From Caecitellus pseudoparvulus (Eukaryota; Protista; Bigyra: Bicosoecida), in NCBI GenBank assembly GCA_965644315.1, contig CBFFRQ010000175.1, positions 1 through 7,628 of the forward strand: a DNA stretch of 7,628 nucleotides, read 5' to 3'. Position numbers and translations under genes: made by a program. Positions 1 to 6,722 of this stretch are shown here, one piece after another; the first letter of the stretch is position 1, and each line of letters begins with the position of its first letter. The notes below the pieces were generated by a model, which worked only from the letters and a program-made list of their open reading frames with translations, searched no databases and was not told the origin of the DNA.

Positions 1-35
1 CCTCACGATCCCCCGTCAGCGCCAAGAGCTCGCGC
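1..35 (-). pseudogene. Continuation of ankyrin-like gene D downstream of the insertion (runs off the window start)
   Basis: Minus strand reads (GT)G CGC GAG CTC TTG GCG CTG ACG GGG GAT CGT GAG = (V)RELLALTGDRE. Positions 21-36 (gccaagagctcgcgca) are identical to 6161-6176 of paralog B, a variant I did not see in any other repeat in the window. Confidence 0.9.
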
Positions 36-45
36 AAAATCCAAC

Positions 46-85
46 GGCCTTCGGCCTATGCCTTCGGCATGGGAGGTCTACTCCC
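46..85. other. Three stacked terminal mini-hairpins of the insertion
   Basis: GGCC-ttc-GGCC (46-56), ATGCC-ttc-GGCAT (58-70), GGGAG-gtcta-CTCCC (71-85). On the minus strand the first two have C-GAA-G triloops. Confidence 0.85.
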
Positions 86-90
86 CGTCC
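78..90 (+). repeat. Subterminal inverted repeat, inner copy (42 nt from the element end)
   Basis: CTACTCCCCGTCC matches the reverse complement of 2221-2233 (CTAATCCCCGTCC) at 12/13 positions. Confidence 0.8.
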
Positions 91-1289
91 CTCTGTGCCC
101 GGCTGCTGGCCCTTCAGAAAGCCACGGCAAAGGCTGCAGGCGTGGGGGGCGCTGCGCCAGTATGGGCGCTGCGCCGCACGACGCACCACCGCACGCAAGG
201 CAAGTCAGGTACAAGCTGGTCGGCCTTAATGTAAATGCTCCACCAGGCGCACCAGGCTGCAACACTGGCGTATCACAAGCGGTAAGCCTGGTCTCACCCT
301 TCACCACAACAAATCGGTCAGGCAGCCTGGCCGCTTTGATGTGTCCACTGAGTCACAGCAAGCCCCGTGGAGCGACCATGGCCATGGCATTGCGCCCAGC
401 GTCTGCACCCACATACACCTTGAAATGTCTAGGTGCTTTGCAGGGTGATCCGTGCACCCTTTAGGCATGAGCCCGATGAACAGTCCAGACTTTGATTGCT
501 CACGAAAATGCGATCTCATGCTGCAATGCACTGGCACACCCTCCGGGATGGCCGACGGAAAAGACAACACAGGGTACACAAAGCTCACTAACGCTTGGAG
601 GGCGGGGCCTCGTGCTCTGCGGGACGGGACGTACGAGCACATGCTTTCGGAGCAACAAGGTGCCACTTCCACGCACAAGGCCACAGGGCAGGGCTGTGCC
701 CCAACGGCACTACAAGTGCCATGCGCCTGGCCTGTGGATACAACACTGCATGGCCAGTCTACTGCTTGCTGCACAGTGGCCACTCCTGTGCCGTTGGCTT
801 GTGCAGGTCTTGCTGTATAGGCGTGCTGACTCTTTTCCGTGCTCGGTGAGCCAGTGCAAGGCCGCTTGAGCACACTGGCGCACTGGCAAGGCGATTCAGG
901 GCATTGGTAGGTCGTGTAACAAAGGTGATTGTGCTGGTAGACTCGGTTGTGCTTGCTGTAGCTTTGAGCAGTGCTGCATTGCTGAGCCTTGCCCTGGCCT
1001 GGTGATTGGCTGGCGTCTCGCACAGCGCCTTTGTGCTTGCGCAAGCGTACGAGCTCTGATGGCTTGTGCTATAGAGCCATGTGCACTTGCTTGCATCAGT
1101 GCCTTGGTGGCGTGATTGGGGTGGTGCAGGGAGTGCTGTCCGATCCAGGTCGAGGCCTTGCTTGACGGGCCAGTGATTGCTCGGCAGCGGCGTCAGGCCG
1201 CCGAGCTGGGGCTGCAAGCTTGGGCGCCGACTCGTCCATGTGCATGTGCTTGAACTGTATGCATTGCTTGGTATGCGGCAAATGGAACA

Positions 1290-1361
1290 GCTGCCGTCGG
1301 TCTCGCTGCCATGCGCGCTGCGCCAGCAGCGCGCATGGCAGCGAGACCGACTGAAGGCAGC
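1290..1361. repeat. Long perfect hairpin / inverted repeat
   Basis: 1296-1321 (gtcggtctcgctgccatgcgcgctgc) is the exact reverse complement of 1326-1351, with a 4-nt loop (gcca). The stem extends by gctgcc (1290-1295)/ggcagc (1356-1361) past a 4-nt bulge. Confidence 0.95.
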
Positions 1362-2220
1362 GCACTTGCTTGAGAATAGCAGTCCGGCCATGGCGTGGCC
1401 TGCGTGTGGTCCATGCTGGACCCAGGCATGAGCGGTGGGCGTGATGCCTCTGGCTACGCCGCCAGCACATGGAGGAGAATGCCAGCTTCCTCTGCTGCCT
1501 TGGGCTTCGAAGCCATCGCCACGCAATGCAGGGCCAATCGAAGGTGGTTCAGGCCATTGGCTACTGTCGCAGCGGAGGGGGGCGCGATTGGCATACCAAG
1601 CTTCCTACAATGCATACAAGCTGGTTCCAGATGCAGCACTTGCACAGTGCTTCGCACACGCTGCACAGCGCAAGCAATCATGACGTCATCAATGCGTTTC
1701 GCGACAATATCAGCCTGGAAACCTGCGCATTGACAGATTCCTGCACGCTGAGCGCGCCGCGGAACGGAAGAAGCCTGACAATATAGACTTACACACGAAA
1801 CACAGGCGCAGTCTGTGAATCGGAGAGTTGGAGCACAGCTGTCGCAAGCAGGGCGAGTCTGCGTTTGCCGTGAAACTCGACTAAGAAGGGCCAGTGCAGC
1901 GCGAGGGGTGGCTCTGCCCAGACCGCTACACATGCAAGAAGACAGACAATACTGAATGAGATTGTGTCTAAGGGTCCAATGTGGGATTGCCTGTCTGATC
2001 GGAGTGCAGGCACGGCCTGGAGTTCGACAGGCAAGCAATTTCCGCCTCAACAAGACCGCCTCACGCACACCAAAATGCCAGAGACTGCGAGCATTGACTC
2101 TGTTTAGCCTATTCGGTGTCTGATGTATCTGTTGAATGCATTGTCTTGTCGAGAACTGCCCGCATGCCAACCTTTATGTGCCCCATTGACAGGCCTGTCC
2201 CCCCAGACCCCCACACCCTA

Positions 2221-2233
2221 GGACGGGGATTAG
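2221..2233 (-). repeat. Subterminal inverted repeat, outer copy (2 nt from the element end)
   Basis: ggacggggattag, partner of 78-90. A perfect palindrome GACAGGCCTGTC lies nearby at 2188-2199. Confidence 0.8.
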
Positions 2234-2235
2234 GA

Positions 2236-2540
2236 ACCACATCAATGTGTCCGTGCACACATGCAGCTCGGAAGCCAGCCTCGGGCCCATCATCATCCCC
2301 AGTATGCACATCCACAGCACAATCCCCCTCCAACGCCAGAAGCTGGCGCAGCAAATCCGCGTGCCCTGTCCTGCATGCAGCCAGAAACGCTGCTGTTGAC
2401 TCGCTACTCGTCAAGCCTTCCACCTCCGCCTCCACACCACCCCCACTCCCCTGCAACAAGCTTAGCAGTTGACTCGTCTCCTCAGCATCACATGCGGTCC
2501 GCCAATTAAAAAAGAAGTGACTGCCGCTGTCGTCAGCCAT
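2236..2540 (-). pseudogene. 5' part of ankyrin-like repeat gene D (MADDSG...HGHIDV), disrupted by the insertion
   Basis: Nearly identical to the 5' end of gene B (2 differences over 2236-2504 vs 6176-6444, plus a 3-nt indel near the N-terminus). ATG at 2540 in accATGG context. Homology stops abruptly at 2236; read-through into the insertion reaches a stop at 2109-2111. Confidence 0.9.
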
Positions 2541-2551
2541 GGTATGTTGGA

Positions 2552-2568
2552 TCCAGTTTCCGCACTTC
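2552..2568 (-). promoter_or_regulatory. Conserved upstream motif GAAGTGCGGAAACTGGA of gene D
   Basis: Identical 17-mer occupying -28 to -12 relative to the ATG in all three genes with a visible start. Function is inferred. Confidence 0.5.
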
Positions 2569-2778
2569 TCTCCCACACCAACCTACGCCTACTGCACGGG
2601 TAGCTCAGGCGGCACAGGAAAGAAGCTTGATCGACACTGTACATCGTCAATCCAAGAATGGGACAATGGGTTTGACCAAGGGCATTGAATGCCCGGCATT
2701 GCGTGTCATGCCCATTTGAATGTGCTTGGCTCACGACGGGTGCATTGCCCAGGTCACAGACCACGCATGCGCCCCCGC

Positions 2779-4689
2779 TCACTCTGACCGTGAAGCCTTG
2801 CCCGCTCGCGACCCCACCGTACTGCCTGCGTGTGGCCGTGGCCGCTTCCGTGCTCTCAAGGTTGCGCGCAGCAGCACCATTGCGCGCCGCCCTTGCCGAG
2901 TGCTGGTACCGCCCCACACGGCATCTTTGCCAGGCTGTACAGCTGCCTGACCAGCCTCAAGTCGCGCTTGCAGCGGGATGGCGCGATGCCCCGTGAGAGC
3001 AAGAAGCTCTCGAACCACATCGACATGCCCTTTCCGACAAGCAAATCGGAAGCTCGCCTCAGGCCCTTCCTCACACCAAGCATGCACGTCAACCTCACGA
3101 TGCCCGGTCAGTGCCAGCAGCTCTCGCACCACATCGATGTGGCCGTTCCGGCAGGCATACCGGAAGCCATACTCCTCCTGGTCCTCACGCCCAGCATGCA
3201 CATCAACGGCCCGAGGCCCGCTCAAGGCCAGCAGCTCTCGCACCACGTCAATGTGCCCATTCCGACATGCCCACCGAAATCCAGCCTCAGAGGTCCCATT
3301 GGCCCCAGCATGCACATCAACGGCCCGAGGTCCGCTCAGAGCCAGCAGCTCCCGCACCACATCGACATGCCCTTTCCGACAAGCGAGCTGAAAGCCTGTC
3401 TCAGGCCCTTCCTCACACCAAGCATGCACGTCAACCTCACGATGCCCGGTCAGTGCCAGCAGCTCTCGCACCACATCGATGTGGCCGTTCCGGCAGGCAT
3501 ACCGGAAGCCATACTCCTCCCGGTCCTCACGCCCAGCATGTACATCAACGGCCCGAGGCCCGCTCAAGGCCAGCAGCTCTCGCACCACACCAATGTGCCC
3601 ATTCCGACATGCCCAACGAAATCCAGCCTCAGGCTTGCCCTCGGTCCCAGCGTGCACGTCAACCTCACGGTCTCCGGTCAGCGCCAGCAGCTCCCGCACC
3701 ACATCAAGGTGCCCATTCTGGCAGGCCAGCCGGAAGCCAGCCTCAGGCCCGTTCTGATCTCCAGTATGCACATCAACGGCCCGAGGCCCGCTCAGGGCCA
3801 GCAGCTCTCGCACCACGTCAATGTGCCCATTCCGACAGGCCCACCGAAATCCAGCCTCAGGCTTGCCCTCGATCCCAGCGTGCACGTCAACCTCACGATC
3901 TCCGCTCAGAGCCAGCAGCTCCCGCACCACATCGACATGTCCTTTCCGACAAGCGAGACGAAAGCCTGCCTCAGGCTTGCCCTCAGGCCCAGCGTGCACA
4001 TCAATCTCACGATCTCCGGTCAGCGCCAGCAGCTCCCGCACCACGTCGACATGCCCATTCTGGCAAGCAAGTCCGAAGCCAAAACCAGGCTTGCCCTCAG
4101 GCCCAGCGTGCACATCAACCTCACGATCTCCGGTCAGCGCCAGCAGCTCCCGCACCACATCGACATGCCCGTGTTGGCAAGCGAGATGAAAGCCTGCCTC
4201 AGGCTTGCCCTCAGGCCCAGCGTGCACATCAACCTCACGATCTCCGGTCAGCGCCAGCAGCTCCCGCACCACATCGACATGCCCATTCTGGCAAGCAAGT
4301 CCGAAGCCAAACCCAGGCTTGCCCTCAGGCCCAGCGTGCACATCAATCTCACGATCTCCGGTCAGCGCCAGCAGCTCTCGCACCACATCGACATGCCCGT
4401 TGGCGCATGCACACCGAAAGCCACGTTCAGGGTGGCCGTCGAGCCCTTGATGCACATCCACAACAAGATCCCCCTCCAACGCAAGCAGCCCACGCAGCAA
4501 CCCAACATGCCCAGTTCTGCAAGCAACCAGGAAGCCAGCTGTTGTCTCGTCACTCGTCAAACCTCCCAACACCGGCGTTGCACCATCTCCACACACTTGC
4601 AGAATGCTCAACAGTACAGTTGCCAGACTATTGTCACAGGCTGCCACCAACCGAGCCGCCAATGAATGCACACTGCTCGCATCAGCCAT
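2779..4689 (-). CDS. Ankyrin-like repeat protein A, 636 aa: 51-aa N-cap, 14 x 38-aa repeats (last one truncated), basic C-terminal tail
   Basis: Uninterrupted ORF; ATG in ccacgccATGG context; TGA at 2779-2781. Consensus GFRxACxNGHVDVVRELLALTGxRxVDVHAG matches the ankyrin pattern (LHxAAxxGHxxVVxxLLxxGADVN) with longer loops. Confidence 0.92.
   Translation of the reverse strand: MADASSVHSLAARLVAACDNSLATVLLSILQVCGDGATPVLGGLTSDETTAGFLVACRTGHVGLLRGLLALEGDLVVDVHQGLDGHPERGFRCACANGHVDVVRELLALTGDREIDVHAGPEGKPGFGFGLACQNGHVDVVRELLALTGDREVDVHAGPEGKPEAGFHLACQHGHVDVVRELLALTGDREVDVHAGPEGKPGFGFGLACQNGHVDVVRELLALTGDREIDVHAGPEGKPEAGFRLACRKGHVDVVRELLALSGDREVDVHAGIEGKPEAGFRWACRNGHIDVVRELLALSGPRAVDVHTGDQNGPEAGFRLACQNGHLDVVRELLALTGDREVDVHAGTEGKPEAGFRWACRNGHIGVVRELLALSGPRAVDVHAGREDREEYGFRYACRNGHIDVVRELLALTGHREVDVHAWCEEGPETGFQLACRKGHVDVVRELLALSGPRAVDVHAGANGTSEAGFRWACRNGHIDVVRELLALSGPRAVDVHAGREDQEEYGFRYACRNGHIDVVRELLALTGHREVDVHAWCEEGPEASFRFACRKGHVDVVRELLALTGHRAIPLQARLEAGQAAVQPGKDAVWGGTSTRQGRRAMVLLRATLRARKRPRPHAGSTVGSRAGKASRSE
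2983..4536 (-). repeat. Coding tandem repeat with 114-nt period and higher-order 228-nt and 342-nt duplications
   Basis: caccacatcgacatgccc recurs at 4267 and 4381 (114 nt apart). Repeats 2-3 resemble 4-5; repeats 9-11 resemble 12-14 (3019 vs 3361). Confidence 0.95.
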
Positions 4690-4700
4690 GGCGTGGTGGG

Positions 4701-4717
4701 TCCAGTTTCCGCACTTC
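4701..4717 (-). promoter_or_regulatory. Conserved upstream motif GAAGTGCGGAAACTGGA of gene A
   Basis: Identical to 2552-2568 and 6495-6511 at the same offset, although the flanks and the N-terminus of A have diverged. Confidence 0.5.
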
Positions 4718-5712
4718 TCACCCTCAGCAACCTACACCCCTGCACAGGCGGCACAGGCTGTACAGCACAGGGTCGCTAGTGCAGTTGCGATCCAAAGCCT
4801 GTTGCAAGTGGAAGACATGGGTGCTGTTTTGACCAAGACGATGCTTTGTCTTGCCTGCCCAGCTGCGTTGCTGAACCGCCATCCCGCTTGACCCTCAAAC
4901 GGCGCCGGCACATCGTTGCTCCTGACGCGGCCTGCGCCAGGCCGCATCCAAGCGCCGCTCGGCTCTGCAAGGCATCGAGGATGCAGCGGGAATGCTGCCG
5001 CTGGTGCCTGCTGCGTCAGCCTCGCCCCCGAGAGGGGGCCAGGCGCCCACCTCGTCCCAAATCACCTGTGGGGGAGGGCGGAAAGCTCCACCTCTCCTTG
5101 CCCCTGCCACCGTTCGCGCTGGACGTGCACCTCGAAGCCCAGCGCGGAGCCTTACGACGCCCAACGGAGACGAGACTCCCTTTCAAGCGACGCCAGAGGC
5201 GAAAAGCCGACCAGGCGCGGTGCTGGGAGCGACAGGGACACCCTGGAGCGAGTCGCCTGGCTCGGTACATGCTGGGCTGGGAGTATGGGCGGTACATTGC
5301 TGCTAGTTCTGCATTCAGGTGCAGCCGCCACGCGAGTCCGGCGTTTGCTGGGTTGGCGTGGAGGCCGGCCAAGCAAACTTGCACTGCACCGCTTGCAACA
5401 GGGCAGGGCGTGTACACATGGACACGATGCACCACATGCTTCACCCAAGGCAGCCACCAGCATGGCCTGAAGTGCCAAGAGCATTGCAGGCGAGCACTGT
5501 ATCTAGAGCAATACAAATGACCGATTTGTGGAACGTAGAAGGCCGCTGTGCAGCTGCAATGAGCCCGCCTGCCAGGCTGCACTCCATTTCTGCACTTCTG
5601 AACCAACCACAGCCGGTGCAAGTCCCGCAAACCCACCCATTCTCGTCATGCAAACTCGGCATGCGTGGCAAGGCGGGCGATCTTGACATTCTCCTTGTGC
5701 CGTCCCCCCTGC

Positions 5713-6483
5713 TCACTCTGACCGTGAAGCCTTCCCTGCCGGAGATGCTCTTGCTGACCGTCTGTGTGGCCGTGGCTGCCTCCGTGCTCTCAAGGTTACG
5801 CGCAGCAGCACCATGGACCGCCGCCCTTGCCGAGTGCTGGTGCCGCCCCACACAGCACCCTTGCCGAGCCGCACAGCTGCCTGTCCGGCCTCAAGTCGTG
5901 CTTGCAGTGGGATGGAGCGATGGCCGGTAAGGCCCAGAAGCTCTCGAATCACGTCCGCCTGTGCTCTTTCCCAGGCATAACGGAAAGCAGTGTCACTCTC
6001 GCCCCCAACTCCAGCATGCACGTCCACGGCTCGGTGCCCAGTCAATGCGAGCAGCTCGCGCACCACATCCGCGTGACCCTTAATACAGGCCCATAGGAAG
6101 CCAAACTCAGGCTCACCCACAGGCCCAGCGTGCACATCCACCTCGCGTTCACCTGTCAGAGCCAAGAGCTCGCGCACCACATCAATGTGTCCGTGCACAC
6201 ATGCAGCTCGGAAGCCAGCCTCGGGCCCATCATCATTCCCAGTATGCACATCCACAGCACAATCCCCCTCCAACGCCAGAAGCTGGCGCAGCAAATCCGC
6301 GTGCCCTGTCCTGCATGCAGCCAGAAACACTGCTGTTGACTCGCTACTCGTCAAGCCTTCCACCTCCGCCTCCACACCACCCCCACTCCCCTGCAACAAG
6401 CTTAGCAGTTGACTCGTCTCCTCAGCATCACATGCGGTCCGCCACTTCGCAAAAAAGAAGTGATTGCCGCTGTCGTCAGCCAT
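5713..6483 (-). CDS. Ankyrin-like repeat protein B, 256 aa: N-cap, 4 repeats, basic C-terminal tail
   Basis: ATG at 6483 (accATGG; MADDSG aligns with MADASS of A); 51 + 3x38 + 91 aa; ends AGKASRSE-TGA like A and C. Confidence 0.88.
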   Translation of the reverse strand: MADDSGNHFFFAKWRTACDAEETSQLLSLLQGSGGGVEAEVEGLTSSESTAVFLAACRTGHADLLRQLLALEGDCAVDVHTGNDDGPEAGFRAACVHGHIDVVRELLALTGEREVDVHAGPVGEPEFGFLWACIKGHADVVRELLALTGHRAVDVHAGVGGESDTAFRYAWERAQADVIRELLGLTGHRSIPLQARLEAGQAAVRLGKGAVWGGTSTRQGRRSMVLLRVTLRARRQPRPHRRSARASPAGKASRSE

Positions 6484-6494
6484 GGTATGTTGGA

Positions 6495-6511
6495 TCCAGT
6501 TTCCGCACTTC
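6495..6511 (-). promoter_or_regulatory. Conserved upstream motif GAAGTGCGGAAACTGGA of gene B
   Basis: Identical 17-mer at the same offset from the ATG as in A and D. Confidence 0.5.
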
Positions 6512-6722
6512 CCCACCTCTCACCAACCTACGCCTACTGCACGGGAAGCACAGGCGGTACAGGAAAGAAGCTTGATCGACACTGTACATCGTCAATCCAA
6601 GAATGGGATAATGGGTTTGACCAAGGGCACTGAATGCCCGGCATTGCGTGTCATGCCCATTTGAATGTGCTTGGCTCACGGCGTGCGCATTGCCAGCACA
6701 CAGACCATGCCTGCGCCCACGC

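Larger units (their letters stand above)
36..2235 (-). mobile_element. 2200-nt insertion without target-site duplication; probable non-autonomous rolling-circle element (Helitron2/Helentron-like)
   Basis: The empty site is visible in paralog B (6171-6180 cgcgcaccac). Here cgcgc (31-35) and accac (2236-2240) are 2200 nt apart; boundaries can slide 1 nt (37-2236). Asymmetric subterminal inverted repeats at 78-90 and 2221-2233, hairpins at 46-85, and a TTTT 3' terminus on the minus strand. No recognisable intact transposase ORF. The insertion itself is well supported; family and orientation are inferred. Confidence 0.85.
2236..2990. repeat. Segmental tandem duplication, copy 1 (3' end of long gene + spacer + 5' end of MADDSG gene); copy 2 at about 6176-6935
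   Basis: Colinear similarity at an offset of about 3940-3944 nt (2241/6181; ATG 2540/6483; stop 2779/6723). The spacers are 238 and 239 nt and largely alignable. Confidence 0.9.

Noticed and set aside
1177-1431. HVHVL as an HUH motif of a Rep protein
   Set aside because: Short ORF with a stop immediately upstream, no convincing catalytic YxxK motif, and the frame runs through the long hairpin; likely chance.
36-2235. Canonical Helitron1 or cut-and-paste TIR transposon
   Set aside because: No CTRR 3' end or A|T target; the inverted repeats are not terminal and there is no TSD.
29-2237. Insertion as a spliceosomal intron or introner
   Set aside because: The precise boundaries on the coding strand are TC...TT (or TT...TT), not GT/GC...AG. 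A GT at 2237 with an AG at 30-29 would keep the frame but delete VRE, and both sites are weak; not supportable without RNA data.
2109-2576. 155-aa ORF as an intact gene; also the upstream starts at 2576 and 6516
   Set aside because: The C-terminal part is read-through into the insertion. The upstream starts lie outside the N-terminus alignable with A; the ATGs at 2540 and 6483 have Kozak context and align with A.
2983-4536. CRISPR-like alternation of conserved and variable blocks
   Set aside because: The period is exactly 114 nt (38 codons), the frame is open, variable blocks are related to each other, and there are no cas genes.
2830-4832. Long plus-strand ORFs (611 aa at 2830-4665, 573 aa at 3111-4832) and smaller ones opposite genes B, C and D
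   Set aside because: Antisense shadows of a GC-rich in-frame tandem repeat; one stop-free unit propagates through the array. The ankyrin pattern is on the minus strand.
5076-5156. RNase P/MRP-like P4 pairing (GGAAAGCTCC ... GGAGCCTTA) and nearby SRP-like CCAGGCGCGGTG
   Set aside because: Spacing is too short, the bulge is on the wrong strand, and the other conserved regions are missing.
4846-5930. Overlapping 100-224-aa ORFs on both strands in the B-A spacer
   Set aside because: Arg/Ala/Cys/Pro-rich translations typical of GC-rich non-coding DNA, with no recognisable domain.
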